This document shows, piece after piece, positions 27,721-41,254 of a stretch of 64,000 bases of DNA (positions are counted from its first letter, which is position 1; every line of letters starts with the position of its first letter). Made by a program: the position numbers and the translations under genes. The notes beneath the pieces are model-generated. The model searched no databases, had not been told where the DNA came from, and was given only the letters and a program-made list of their open reading frames with translations. Source of the DNA: Eledone cirrhosa (lineage: Eukaryota); assembly GCA_964016885.1 (NCBI GenBank), contig OZ024742.1, forward strand, positions 377,580,001 to 377,644,000. The letters are read 5' to 3'.

Positions 27721-29831
27721 TATAAGGAGGGTACTGGTTGTATGAATGTAACAAAACGAGACATTGTTTGTGTATATAATATTTAATTAACGGTAGATAG
27801 AATACTTGACATGTCAAAGATAGATGTTAGAATGAAACAAAGTTAGTAGTTACCGTTTTGATTGCCAGGCAAACGCGGCTGGCAGAGGGCGCCTGGCTAA
27901 GGCCAGGCGCCTGTTGGCCAAATTAATGGCAGAGCCAAATGAGAGGCTCTTCGACCTGGGGTGCCGAAAAGGCAAAGAGAGGGAGGAAGCTTAAAGTTGT
28001 TAGTTTTATAGGGCTCTGACCGGAAGTCGCAGAAAGGGTTCCACCTCCCGTCTAGATCCCAATCAAAACAAGGGAGACAACCGCTACATAACCTCCCGCC
28101 AGAATTTTAGTGTATAAAAATCGAAATGAAAATATGTAGCAAGTTGGCGAGAATGTTGTAACAGGCATGAAAATTACGACAAAAGAATGTTTGCAAAAAT
28201 CAATGATAGATATCAAGGTAGCCAACCGCTCTTGGCCAGAGAACGACTGGACATCCATCTATCCATCACCCAAAGATACAATGTAATAAAGTAAAAGTAA
28301 TAGAAGAGCTCAAAGTTCAAAATATAGTTCACAGGTGTGCAATCACATGACAGCAGGAAAGAAAGTGTGTTCCAGAGAATGAATGCAGGTGGTTTCTGTT
28401 CTGTGGTATATCGTGAAATTTCCAACCTCCGAATGGATTTTCTCACAGGAAGAGTGCTGCAAAAATAAATTCTCTGGCTTTGGTGAAGCTGTATTGATGT
28501 ATTGCTGTTGCTGTTATATTGTTGTTGCTGCTGCTGTTGTCTCGCTGAGTGAGCGTATTCGGTGTTTAAATTCACAGTAAAAAAATTTTTTTTTAGAAAA
28601 AAATGAGTTGCGCAAAGTGCTAGAAATGGCAGCCGAAGTTGATGGTCGATGTTGAGAATGCGTTGACCTGGAAGGGTCAAGAGGCCAGCGACCAGAGAAA
28701 TAAGCATTCTTAATAAATGCGCGGTTATCAACGGTAAATTTACATTGTAAATTTATAAACCGGCAAATAGAAGAATATAGCTTAAGGCTGAAGAATCCTT
28801 GGGGGAGAAATGCTATCTCTGGCGTGCGGTTGTCTGTGAGTAGAGACATCTCAGTGAATCGAGAATTTATGCTGCCTACACGTGCCAATACAAGGTTGAA
28901 AAAAAATATTTCTAACGCGCGAGAAAATGATAGTGCAATTTTGAAAGTGACAATGATGAAAAAGAAAGGCTTCAATCAGCATAATTATAGGTGTGAACTT
29001 TGGAAAAAAACAAAAAACTTGAACGATGAAGAAAACGATGAACAAAAGGCAATGGTTCATCGAAAATAAATGTTCCTGTTGAAATGTTTTTTAAAGAATA
29101 TCAAATTTATTTTTTTTTTTTGTGTGTTTTGAAAGAGTTCGTTGTAAGAAACGAGAAACATATATATATATCGTGAAATGTTTTTTTTTGTTTTGAAAGT
29201 GTTCGTTGTAAGAAACGAGAAACATATATATATATATTGGTGAAATGCGACAGTTAATTGATGTGTGAGAGAAAAAGTATGTCTGTGCGAATTCCACATG
29301 TGCGTGTGTGCGTGTCCTTGAGTATTTTCATAGTTTGTCGCTAAATTTGCTGTGTATTCGTAATGTTACTCACAAAACCAGATGTGCTATTTTTTTCTTT
29401 TTTTTGGGGGTGACCCTTATAGCGATGAACGGCTGCGTGTTCGTATCACGTCAGGGTTACCAATATAAGGAGGGTACTGGTTGTATGAATGTAACAAAAC
29501 GAGACATTGTTTGTGTATATAATATTTAATTAACGGTAGATAGAATACTTGACATGTCAAAGATAGATGTTAGAATGAAACAAAGTTAGTAGTTACCGTT
29601 TTGATTGCCAGGCAAACGCGGCTGGCAGAGGGCGCCTGGCTAAGGCCAGGCGCCTGTTGGCCAAATTAATGGCAGAGCCAAATGAGAGGCTCTTCGACCT
29701 GGGGTGCCGAAAAGGCAAAGAGAGGGAGGAAGCTTAAAGTTGTTAGTTTTATAGGGCTCTGACCGGAAGTCGCAGAAAGGGTTCCACCTCCCGTCTAGAT
29801 CCCAATCAAAACAAGGGAGACAACCGCTACA
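27721..29831 (-). mobile_element. Non-autonomous LTR retrotransposon (Gypsy-like termini)
   Basis: LTRs 27721-28088 and 29464-29831 (368 bp, no difference seen); TSD gaac at 27717-27720 and 29832-29835; PBS tggtaaccctgacgtgat; PPT-like ctggcgggagg before the 3' LTR; no gag/pol motifs inside. Confidence 0.9.
29430..29462 (-). promoter_or_regulatory. tRNA-Trp primer-binding site, extended
   Basis: tggtaaccctgacgtgatacgaacacgcagcc resembles the complement of the eukaryotic tRNA-Trp 3' end (tggtgaccccgacgtgatttgaacacgcaacc, recalled). Confidence 0.8.
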
Positions 29832-30822
29832 GAACAATTACGCTCTTTATACGTAATTCTACACACAGTACCCGGTTTCTTTAGACAAGGAGTTCCCACA
29901 GTTATGACTAGTCACGATCTTATCAATTGAATACTACACTAGGTTTTTGGTCTGTGATCCTCTAACCATGGAGTGCTCACAGTTGCTGAATGGACAATAC
30001 TACATACACGCCATCAATGGGCCCATGACACTTACACACATCCCCGGGGTTTTGTTATTTTATTTTATTTTATTTTATTTTATTTTTATTTTTGTGTTGG
30101 GTAACACACCCCCACCACTCAAACACTTATCTTAAAAGCCCGAGGGCCCATATGACGAGAAAACGCACACACTGACACCTTAACTCAAATAACCAACGCT
30201 ACATGGAGCCCCTAGGTGGCATACATGGCGGGTGCTTGCACGCACAGACTCGGGGACTCAGATTCTCAACGGGACAACGGCATATACAGCGTTAGATAGG
30301 AGCTGACTACTTGCTCTACACATGGATGTGTATATACCAAAATATACACTATTTAGACGATACGGATGTTACAATTCAATCGATAGACGTATAGCAGAAC
30401 GTTGAACGGAATTTACTTGCGTGTGTATAGGGTTGTGGTTGACCCAGTTTTTCTAATTTACATCGTTAAAATTGAGATTTGACGAGTATAACATTTGTTG
30501 TTCTGTAACCTAACTTTCGGTGCATACTGTGTTGGTATATATATTTTTTCTCTGACCTCGCGTCGGTGTGTGTGAGTGGGTGTGTACTCACTCACACTAA
30601 TTGTGACCGACTGAAATTCTACAGATCTGATGCTGAGATTAGACCTGTCCAACGTCTTTTACAGCTATTGAGAGATAGAGACTTGATAGTTTTATGACCC
30701 TGACTGAAGACGATAGCAGTCGGCGTGTTTTGGCTGCTGATTCTTCATATGGGGAACAAAACTCTAGTGAGTGAACATCGTTAGTTTTTCTTCCCTTATA
30801 TCAAAGATTTGAAGACATTTTA

Positions 30823-30904
30823 TTATTCCCCTGATGAGATGAGTGATAATTGATCATGACAACGCGATCGATCTATCTCTTAGTGAAACATGTGTCGTGA
30901 TTAA
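30823..30904 (+). ncRNA. Hammerhead with long stem II (inverted partner of 27144)
   Basis: ttattccc CTGATGA ... GAAAC atgt GTC gtgattaa. Confidence 0.65.
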
Positions 30905-31037
30905 AATGATTGGAAATGTATACCATGCCTTCGGATCTTTATTTTTATATATATATGTATATGTATGTATATATGGGTGTGTATATGTATGTATATATAT
31001 ATATATATATATATATTTTTATATATATATGTATATA

Positions 31038-31108
<71 letters not shown>

Positions 31109-31117
31109 GTGTGTATG

Positions 31118-31177
<60 letters not shown>

Positions 31178-31198
31178 TATATGTATGTATGGTGTATA

Positions 31199-31305
<107 letters not shown>

Positions 31306-31500
31306 ATGTGTGACCCCACTCTCAAGAGCGTGAAATCAATAAACATTTGTTTGTTCTGCCCCTCTGTTTTGTTCCCGTTCAATTTTTCCTTATATATGTG
31401 TATATATGTGTGTGTGTGTGTGTGTGTATTTATATATATGTGTATATATGTATGTGTATGTGTGTGTGTGTGTGTATGTGTATGTGTGTATATATATTTT

Positions 31501-31563
<63 letters not shown>

Positions 31564-31588
31564 GTATGTGCATGTGTATGAATATATG

Positions 31589-31639
<51 letters not shown>

Positions 31640-32257
31640 ACATATGTGTGTATGTATGTGTGTGTATGTATGTGTATGTATGTATGTGTATATTTATTTA
31701 TTTATATATATAAATATATTTATATGTGTGTCTGTGTATATGTGTGTCTGTGTATGTGGGTTTATGGGTGCGCGCGAGTGTGTGAGTGAGTGTGTCTTGT
31801 GAATGTGTCTGTTGTTTTTTGGCATATAGTTGAATAGTTTAAGAGTAATTTGAGGATAATTGTAAGATATGCACTTAATATTCTGAATTTGTCTACAGAA
31901 TTCTCTAAACCTTTGTCACTTAGTAGAACCTTAATGATTTTAGCTTTTAAAGAATCTCCCTTTCCTTTAAGTCTATCTACCATGACTGACCCCCCACTGA
32001 TCTTATAGACACCTGTTAGCTTAAGAGAAACTTAATAATAAGGAATGGCATGCCATCCTGAACCTGTTTATAGAATTCTGTCTGCCTTTGTTACTCTAAA
32101 AACAAAAATAAATAAAAATAAAAATAAAAATAAACTATAGCTTTGTAGAATTAGCTTTTAATGAATTCCCTTTTCTATCAACCAATGACCTACACCCATC
32201 CCACTCCCTACCCTCTCCTACCACTTGTATAAATACCATACTTATTTTTTGATACCC

Positions 32258-32308
32258 AGATTCCTGATGATTTCTAAAGAATGAAACAGTTCTAGTCCTG
32301 TAGAATCT
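32258..32308 (+). ncRNA. PLE pseudo-LTR hammerhead
   Basis: agattc CTGATGA t ttc taaa gaa t GAA ACAG ttctagtc CTGT A gaatct; TATA-like tataaata ~30 nt upstream. Confidence 0.9.
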
Positions 32309-32438
32309 CATCTATATTAAAACTTTTATACTCTGCGATGTATTGACTACCTTACTTACTGTGGTTACCTCCGATTCAATCCGGAATAACGTACCTTTTA
32401 GCAGTCTATGTGCCCCTTATAACCATCATCAAGAAACC

Positions 32439-34583
32439 ATGCTGACCAAACTCGACCTTGATGTTTCCATGAAGAACATCCCTATCCCTCCAAGGAAACT
32501 ATACTTAAAAACACTCATCAGATGTACCGACGAGTTCATCAAGCGAATTAGATGGAGGGCCTTCTTCCTCGACAACCCTGATGTAGCATCTACCAATGAT
32601 GAGAAGTTCGGCTTCAAAACGAATAAGACACCACCCACCAACAGCCTACTCCAACCATTTGAAGAAGACCTCTTCAAGATAATCAAAGATATTAAATTCC
32701 GTAGAGCCACCACACCATTCCAGGCCTACTTAAATGCCGAATTGCGGAATATAAAAAAATCCCCTAATCTTTATGTCTCCTCCGATAAAACCAAAAACGT
32801 TTATGAGGTAGACCCACAGACCTACAATAATCTGACAAAAAATACCATCACGACCACCTACAAAAAGGTAATAGAGATGGCACTGACTGAGACAAACGCG
32901 GCCGGAAAAGAAATCGCCAAGTCCCTTAAACTACACGACCGAACCGAACCTTTAAGGGTAAAGACCCCGCACTTTACCCTGAAGGACCATAAGGGAAACT
33001 TCCTCAACAAACCATCAGTCAGACTTATCAACCCCACTCGTTCTGACATCGGCTCTATCAGTAAGAAGATCCTGGATAGAGTTCTACCATCATTGCGGGC
33101 TGCCTCACCACTTCCACTCTGGAGCAGAACATCTGAGGCAATATCATGGTTCCAAAAATTACCCGACAAACACCACACTCGCTTCCTGCAACTCGACATA
33201 GATAACTACTATGCCTCTATCTCGGAGCCCCTCCTGAAGGACGCAATTAACTTTGCCAGGAATTTTACCACCATTACCGATGCTGAGCAAGTTGTTATCC
33301 TCCACGCTCGTAAGACCTTCCTATACCACGATGGATCTTACTGGATCAACAAGAAATCTCAGACCCCATTTGACGTTAGCATGGGAGCGAGTGACTCGGC
33401 TGAAATTAGCGACCTTGTGGGCCTGTACATCCTACATCACCTGAAGAACCTCTTTACCGGCCTAACGGGAGGTTTATACCGAGACGACGGCCTCTTCGCC
33501 CTGCATAAGGTTAGCCCCAGAACCACCGATGGCTTTCGGAAAAACTTAAGCTCATTCTTCTCTAATCTAGGATTTAGTATAACTATAGAATCTAATTTGA
33601 CTAGGGCCAACTTCTTAGATGTCACCCTCGACCTAGATACTTCCCTCTATTACCCGTACCACAAACCTAACGAGTCCCTTAAATATATTAATGTTAATTC
33701 AAACCACCGCCAAAACATCACTGATAACCTAGTAAAAGGCGTCTCTATGAGAATATCCGGCCTCTCCGCCAACAAAGATATTTTTAACGCATCTGCCTCC
33801 TACTACAATGACGCCCTCGCCCGTAGCGGATTTAAAGGAAAGATAACATACCTAGAAACCACCGCAAGATTGCAGAGGAGGAATAGACATAGGCAGATTA
33901 GCTGGTACAACCCTCCCTTCAATAGAGAGGTCTCTACTCCGATAGCTAGGATTTTCTTCACTTTGCTGAAATTACACTTCCCCATACAACATAGGTACCA
34001 CACCATCTTTAATAAGAACACAATAAGACTCTCCTACTCCACTACACCTAACCTAGCTAGGAATATAGCCAACCACAATTCTAAAAAATTAAATAAGCCA
34101 ACCACCTCTGAACCTAATCCCCGGACTGGGGCTCTGTGTAATTGCCTAAATAAGGAGGCATGCCCACTTGAAAACAAATGCCTCACAAATGATATCGTAT
34201 ACAAATGCGATGTCATCTCAGGCACCGATGATTGCAAAAAAACTTACATCGGCATGACCTCCAACAACTTTAAGACCCGCTGGTATGCCCATACCCACTC
34301 CTTCAGAAGACCGGACAAATCAAACCAGACAACACTCGCCTCCTATGTTTGGGACCTCAAAAGGAACTCCACCCCCTTCACGCTTAAATGGAAAATACTC
34401 CAGAAAGCGCGCTCTTTCAACGGAGGACACAAGGGCTGCGACCTTTGTATTTCAGAGAGCTACGAAATTTTATTCGCCAAGGGCCCGCTACTGAACAAAC
34501 TCTCTGAACACTGCCCGAACTGCATGCACAAGAACTTTGCAACTTTCAAACACTTTAAGCCAGTGTTAAAGCCCGATGGCTAA
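32439..34583 (+). CDS. PLE reverse transcriptase / GIY-YIG endonuclease, intact 714 aa (Naiad-like)
   Basis: First ATG at 32439; [52 protein letters not shown]...YIGMT, CDLC, CMH; clade is inferred from these motifs. Confidence 0.93.
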   Translation: MLTKLDLDVSMKNIPIPPRKLYLKTLIRCTDEFIKRIRWRAFFLDNPDVASTNDEKFGFKTNKTPPTNSLLQPFEEDLFKIIKDIKFRRATTPFQAYLNAELRNIKKSPNLYVSSDKTKNVYEVDPQTYNNLTKNTITTTYKKVIEMALTETNAAGKEIAKSLKLHDRTEPLRVKTPHFTLKDHKGNFLNKPSVRLINPTRSDIGSISKKILDRVLPSLRAASPLPLWSRTSEAISWFQKLPDKHHTRFLQLDIDNYYASISEPLLKDAINFARNFTTITDAEQVVILHARKTFLYHDGSYWINKKSQTPFDVSMGASDSAEISDLVGLYILHHLKNLFTGLTGGLYRDDGLFALHKVSPRTTDGFRKNLSSFFSNLGFSITIESNLTRANFLDVTLDLDTSLYYPYHKPNESLKYINVNSNHRQNITDNLVKGVSMRISGLSANKDIFNASASYYNDALARSGFKGKITYLETTARLQRRNRHRQISWYNPPFNREVSTPIARIFFTLLKLHFPIQHRYHTIFNKNTIRLSYSTTPNLARNIANHNSKKLNKPTTSEPNPRTGALCNCLNKEACPLENKCLTNDIVYKCDVISGTDDCKKTYIGMTSNNFKTRWYAHTHSFRRPDKSNQTTLASYVWDLKRNSTPFTLKWKILQKARSFNGGHKGCDLCISESYEILFAKGPLLNKLSEHCPNCMHKNFATFKHFKPVLKPDG

Positions 34584-34919
34584 AAACGACCTCCTCCTAT
34601 TGGCCCCTATACCTCCTTCCCACCCTACCCCCACCCCTCCTCAACCTGAAATACGGCCACTATGGTTATGTGAGTACCTCTTACCTATCTACATTTTCTG
34701 CCTGTAGAGGTGTTTTTATGTGCCTGCGTATATGCGTATATTTATTGAGTACTTATTTATTTGTATGTGTATATATTTGTGTGTGTTTGTATGTGTGTAT
34801 ATGTATGTGTATGTATATGTATGTGTATGTATGTGTGTGTGTGCACATGTGTATATGGGTATGTGTGTGTGTATGTGTGTATATATATGTATGTGTATGT
34901 GTGTATATATGTATATATA

Positions 34920-34968
<49 letters not shown>

Positions 34969-35084
34969 ATATATATATATATATATGTGTGTGTATATAT
35001 GTGTATTTTTATATATATATATATATATGTGTGTATGTGTATGTGTGTATGTGTGTATATGTATGTATGTATATGTGTGTGTGT

Positions 35085-35138
<54 letters not shown>

Positions 35139-35173
35139 GTGTGTGTGTACATATGTATGTATATATGTGTGTG

Positions 35174-35236
<63 letters not shown>

Positions 35237-35262
35237 GTATATATATATATGTATATATATAT

Positions 35263-35306
<44 letters not shown>

Positions 35307-35733
35307 GTATATATATGTGTATGTGTGTATATATATATGTGTATATATGTATATATATATGTGTATATATATGTGTATATATGTGTGTATATGTATGTAT
35401 ATATGTATATATATGTGTGTATATATATATGTATGTATGTATATATATATATATATATATATGAAAAAGTAAGTCCTTCATCAGTGACCCTCCAACCGTC
35501 CCAGGCATTTCATCGCTTTAAGGGCCATATACCTCAGGTTGGTGCGAACAACGGCTAAAAAAAGTCGTTGGGACACGTAAATAAAGGGGACGTTAGGGTA
35601 ACAAACAAAATGGTTTAAGCAACGGAAAGTGAGAAGAAATAGACAAGTCCCAGATCTCTATGAATATAAACTCGGTGAAATCGTGAACAAGAGACAAAAG
35701 ACCATCAAACCTGGTTGAAATGTGAGCAAGGAA

Positions 35734-35758
35734 GGAATTTCGCACAGGTCTAACTGGG

Positions 35759-35790
<32 letters not shown>

Positions 35791-36058
35791 AAGAAGAAGA
35801 AGAAGAAGAAGAAGAAGAAGAAGAAGAAGAAGAAGAAGAAGAAGAAGAAGAAGAAGAAGAAGAAGAAGAAGAAGAAGAAGAAGAAGAAGAATGGGTCTGG
35901 TCTACGAATTCGGTAAACATAAGTTTTGTGAAGTCGCAGACGAAAGAGAGAGAGAGAAAAAATCTGCCACTTCACAAAACTTATGTTTACCGAATTCGTA
36001 GACCAGACCCCTTCTTCTTCTTCTTCTTCTTCTTCTTCTTCTTCTTCTTCTTCTTCTT

Positions 36059-36090
<32 letters not shown>

Positions 36091-36115
36091 CCCCGTTAGA
36101 CCTGTGCGAAATTCC
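35734..36115. repeat. Inverted repeat containing (AAG)n / (CTT)n arms of unequal length
   Basis: ggaatttcgcacaggtctaac...(aag)n...gtgaagt / acttcac...(ctt)n...gttagacctgtgcgaaattcc. Confidence 0.9.
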
Positions 36116-36614
36116 ACAAAACATATAAACAACAAAATACACACAGATTTATATACAGATATATACCATATGCATATACACACACGTGAAAAGAAACCAC
36201 ACTATTTCGTGTGAGACACTATACCGGCCAATTTTACCAATTTACATTGGTAAAATATTTCTTAACATTGACTTCGCTTCTAACCCACATACACCTTTTA
36301 ATTATATATATATATACTAGCAGCTGAAAGTTAACAATTTGAAAAAAAAAAAATTATTGAAAGTTTATTATAAAGAAGCAGTATCAGGGTAAAAAAAAAA
36401 AAAACGTTATTTCGCTGTTAATAAACAACTGCCTTCTACAGTACGTTTCATTTAACTTACGCAGCATATTTATTTGTTTACATGCACAGACTCTTCTACA
36501 CACACACAACATTTAGGAAAACGGAAACAAAATACACAAAAAAACAGACATTTTATTTCTATCGTAATCAAGTGCGCTAAACCTATATTGTTTACATTCT
36601 GTGTTTTTCTACGG

Positions 36615-38000
36615 ATGGGTAGAAATAACAAAATTGCCATGGTGATATCCATCGATGAAATTTGCGACAAAACCGGCCGATGTCCCAAAATAGAACATTG
36701 CCCAGAAAATCACATCTGCCATATCTGTGCGGAACCCGAAAACTCGTTCCGTAATCGCTGGGTCGAATGTGGAACCTGTCACATCTCTGTCTGCCTTCAA
36801 TGCGCCACAGGCTTCCGGAGGATCCCAGGCCAAAAAAAGAGACATCATAATGCTATGATGGATGGAATATGGGAGATGGTCCAGCTAAAATCCTGGCCCT
36901 TTCAGTGTCTGGCCTGTGTGCCTGCCTCCACTAATGTTATTAATGTTATTGAAAAACAACAACAACAACAACAACAACAAAAACCAATGACTGTGTCTTC
37001 CTCTACCATTGTTACTGAACCACGGCAAAAACCTATGACACTGGCTTCTACTGCTATTCCTGTGGGAGAACATCAGAAACAACAACAACCCATGTCTTCC
37101 ACTCCCAGTACATCTCGACACCAACAACTGGTGACTGTGTCTTCCCCTACCATTCCCGTGGAGGAACATCATCATCACCAACAACAACAACAGCAACAAC
37201 CTGCGACTGTGTCCTCCCCTGCCATTCCCGTGGAGGAACATCATCATCACCAACAACAACAACAACAGCAACAACCTGCGACTGTGTCCTCCCCTGCCAT
37301 TCCCGTGGAGGAACATCATCATCACCAACAACGACAGCAGCAGCAGCAACAACAACAACAACAACAACCGACCAGTACAGATTTTGCGGAACTGCAGCTA
37401 ATGATTTCTGCTCTGAGAAGGGAAGTTGCAGGAATAGAGGCAAGCATTCGGGTAGGACCCCACAATGAGGGGTCTTATCGGAATGCCTTGCTAAAGAATC
37501 TCCCTGTACCTCTTACTGAAAAGACTGAAAAGACTGCGGAATCTGCTACCCATGAAGTGATTGCCATTGGGGTACCAGAGGACAAGGCTGATCTTCAGGC
37601 ATTTGCTGCCAGCTCAGCCAAAGACCTAGGCTGTGTTCCCCCAAAGGGTGCCCTCCGCCTTGGTCGACCTGGTCCAAAACCCAGACTCATCAGGCTGTCT
37701 TTCTCGGACCCCGCAGAGGCAACCTCATATCATCTGGCCTCTGCTAAAGCTGGGCGTGAAAATCGGATTACCTTCCGAACACGCCCAGGCCTACCACCCC
37801 ATGTACGTCCAAAACTACGTGCTGCAGCTTCCTTGAATCGGAACTCAGCACAAGATGAACGTTTCAGTCTGCGTGATGATGGGCAGATCTGGAGGTTTGT
37901 CAAGGCTGGTGAAACGTGGAAGAGAGATACCAGCTGGTCTGAGTGTGATCTACCCACAATATTTGGCAATGTAAAAACTGCTACAACTCTTGGAAACTAA
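36615..38000 (+). CDS. LINE ORF1p with N-terminal PHD-like finger and internal His/Gln repeats
   Basis: CHIC...WVECGTC...CLQC...FQCLAC; coiled-coil-like segment; IAIGVPE and RLGR...PRLIRL motifs typical of CR1/L2 ORF1. Confidence 0.85.
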   Translation: MGRNNKIAMVISIDEICDKTGRCPKIEHCPENHICHICAEPENSFRNRWVECGTCHISVCLQCATGFRRIPGQKKRHHNAMMDGIWEMVQLKSWPFQCLACVPASTNVINVIEKQQQQQQQQKPMTVSSSTIVTEPRQKPMTLASTAIPVGEHQKQQQPMSSTPSTSRHQQLVTVSSPTIPVEEHHHHQQQQQQQPATVSSPAIPVEEHHHHQQQQQQQQPATVSSPAIPVEEHHHHQQRQQQQQQQQQQQPTSTDFAELQLMISALRREVAGIEASIRVGPHNEGSYRNALLKNLPVPLTEKTEKTAESATHEVIAIGVPEDKADLQAFAASSAKDLGCVPPKGALRLGRPGPKPRLIRLSFSDPAEATSYHLASAKAGRENRITFRTRPGLPPHVRPKLRAAASLNRNSAQDERFSLRDDGQIWRFVKAGETWKRDTSWSECDLPTIFGNVKTATTLGN

Positions 38001-38056
38001 ACCAGAACAACCTGCCACCCTCTACACACCATCATAAACTGCGAGCAGGGTACAAA

Positions 38057-40820
38057 TTGTTGTCCTTAAATGCTCGCAGTTTATGCAACAAGATACATCT
38101 GTTCGAATCCTACGTCAGAAGCATCGACTCTGACTTCATCACAGTCACGGAAACATGGGCACATTCCTTACTCTGTGATGGGGTTTTCACCATTACTGGG
38201 TACAACCTTTTCCGCAAGGACCGCATTAACCGCCGTGGTGGTGGTGTGATGGTCTACGTTCGTTCAAACTTTTCGGTAATTCCTTGCGTTGATTTGAACG
38301 AATCACAGGAAGAAGTTTTTTTCTGTGACATACGTATGACCATGTCAACACTTCTGCTTGGTGTTGTTTATCGCCCCCCAAACTACCATCAGGACACACA
38401 GCTTTGTGATATCCTCAGAGTTGTTGCCAAGAAAACAGCCACTTATGTGTTTATTGCAGGTGACTTCAATCATCCTGAGATCGATTGGGAAACCTTTCGT
38501 TGGCCACAGGGTGCAAACGATTTCCTTGAACTAGTGCTGGACTCAAACTGGTCACAAGTAGTCACCTCTCCAACAAGAGGTGACAACACTTTGGACCTGA
38601 TCTTCACCACTACTCCTGAAGTGGTTATCAGTTGTACTACTGAGGAACCTCTAGGCGACTCTGATCATGCTATGATCATTGCCAATCTGGCACTTGAGGG
38701 CAGCAACAAAAACCAGAGCCATCTCCAATCTGCTTGCTTTGATTGGAAGAGGGCGGATTGGAACTTGTACTGCACTGAGCTACAGCGCCCAAACTGGCAT
38801 GAGATGTATAACTCTGGAGATGTGAACTCTATACTCCAGAGCATCCTGGACTCAATATGGATAGCGTGTGCAGCATCAGTGCCACGGAAGCGGAAAAATA
38901 ACCACCCCAAAAGTGCAATCTGGGAAACTTCAGCGGTCCGACTTGCCAGGAAAGAATGTCGGAACGCTGAACGGGAATATAAACTGCATAGATCAGATGC
39001 CAACAGAAAAAAACGGAATAAATCTTCTAATCATCTCAAGCAAGTGACAAAGAAGGCAGTGCTTGAATTTGAACAGTGCATCGCAACCAATCCTGACAGT
39101 AAGGTGTTCTGGAAATATGTTCATTCAAAGCAGAGACCTCACTCTCCAGTTGGTCCTCTTCGCAATCCCCACACAAGCCAGATCACTGACGATCCCAAGG
39201 AATGTGCAGAACTCATTGCTGAGTTCTATGCAAGTATCTTTACTGTTGAAAACCAGAATGTACCATCTCCACCATCTCTAACATCAAATTCCATAACAAC
39301 TATGGAATTTACACCTGCAATGTTGCGCCGTCACCTTAAGAATAAGCGCAACTATGCCTCCCCTGGTCTTGATGGTGTGACATACCTGCTTCTCAAACCT
39401 GGCGGGGATTTCCTTTTGCGCCAGCTTTCTTTTTTCTTTCAATACTGTCTCAGCAATGGTGCTACTCCGGAGCAGTGGAAAACTGCCAGTGTCATTCCCC
39501 TGTTCAAAGGGCAACCGCATGACACCTGTAAACTATCGCCCAGTCAGTCTTACTAGCTGTATGGCCAAACTGATGGAATCCTGTGTCAGAGAAACACTTT
39601 GGAACTTCTGGAGCTCTCACAGCCTCATCCAGCCCTTACAGTTTGGATTTATCCCTAATTCCAGCTGCTGTGATCAGCTTATCGAGTTCCTTGAGGACAT
39701 CACCCGGATCACTGACAGCGGCTCATGGGTGGATGTTGTTTACCTTGACTTTGCTAAGGCTTTTAATTCTGTGCCACACAAAAGACTTATGGCAAAACTC
39801 TCTGCAATGGGTGTGAGGGATGATCTTTTCGACTGGCTGAAATCCTTCATTCTCAGCCGAAAGGAAGTAGTCACGGTTCTAGGACAGCATTCTTCACCAT
39901 ATGAGATGTCATCTGGTGTACCACAGGGATCTGTTCTTGGTCCTCTTTTGTTTGTGGCATATATTAATGACATAGATGCCAACTTACAGAATGCCACGGT
40001 ACTAAAATATGCAGATGATATCAAGCTGTACCTTGAAATCAAAAGGACTGATCCTGAAATTTACAACTCTTTCCTACAATCAGACCTGGACACAATGCAG
40101 CAATGGATCACAGACTGGCAACTGAAGCTGGCTGTGGACAAGTGTACCACCATGCATTTTGGAAGGAAAAATCCAGCGTCCACATACTCCCTCCACAACA
40201 CTGACATCAAAAAATCCTCTTGTGAACGTGACCTGGGCATTACTGTCAGCAACGATTTGCGTTGGACAAAGCATGTCTCTAAGATTGTCAAGAAGGCCGA
40301 GGGTGTCTTGGCATCACTCAGCAAGACCTTTGTTAGCCGCTCTCCAGCCATCTATTTAAAACTGTATACAGCTATGATGCGACCACACTTGGAATTCGCA
40401 TCATCAGTCTGGAACCCCTATCTTGCTCAGAACATTGACCTCCTGGAAACTGTTCAGAGACGTGCAACCAAGCGCATACCCTCCATCAGACACCTACCAT
40501 ACTCTGAACGCCTTGCTTCCCTGGGCATGGATTCATTGAAGCTCCGACGTCTGGCAATGGACTTGGTGAATACCCACAAAGTCTTTAACCATCTCGCCAA
40601 CTGCAACCCTGAGCGCCTCTTTGATCTCCATGTGTCTAACACACGTGGACATGCCTACAAGATAAGAAAACAGCACAGCTCCCATGACTTTCGCAGACAT
40701 TTTTTCACGCTCAGAGTTGCTGAAGCATGGAACAAACTGCCTGCGTCAATTGTTAGCTGCCGAGACACTGCATCCTTTAAGACACCCATGCTTCCCGAAA
40801 TACGCCAAAACTACACCTGA
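38057..40820 (+). pseudogene. LINE ORF2 (APE endonuclease + RT) with one frameshift near 39510
   Basis: LNARSL, VTETW, GDFN, LDLIF, SDH; then NYRPVSLTS, QFGF, YLDFAKAF, GVPQGSVLGP, YADD. Confidence 0.92.
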
Positions 40821-41100
40821 TGTACCCCTTCCATACACATGCACACATGTGTGTATCATGACTCGTGCACTGTTAATTTTACTGATGTCTGTGCATTGCC
40901 CTATGTACTGTACATGCACTTTTTTGATGAGTTGTGGGTCACCTGGGCACTGTACACAATATTTCATTATTGTTATTGTTATTATATCATGACTCATACA
41001 CTGTTCATTTTCCTGACATTTGTACATTATTCTATGTACTATACATGCACCTTTGATGAGTTGTAGTGCACCTGAGCACTGTACACAATAATTTCATTAT

Positions 41101-41141
<41 letters not shown>

Positions 41142-41195
41142 TGTGTATATGTATGTGTATGTGTATATGTATATATGTGTATGTATGTGTATATG

Positions 41196-41254
<59 letters not shown>

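Larger units (their letters stand above)
27095..30945. mobile_element. Non-coding PLE-type insert with ~200-bp inverted, HHR-bearing ends; contains the LTR element
   Basis: 27095-27300 is a diverged reverse complement of 30748-30945. Confidence 0.7.
36320..41105 (+). mobile_element. Near full-length CR1-group LINE
   Basis: ORF1 + APE-RT ORF2 + ~280-nt 3' UTR ending in (ATT)n against (TA)n; 5' boundary approximate. Confidence 0.9.

Noticed and set aside
28052-29299. ORFs inside the LTR element as gag/pol
   Set aside because: Short, overlapping on both strands, no recognisable motifs
32439-34583. Selenocysteine-recoded Naiad-type ORF
   Set aside because: No in-frame TGA; the ORF is open to TAA
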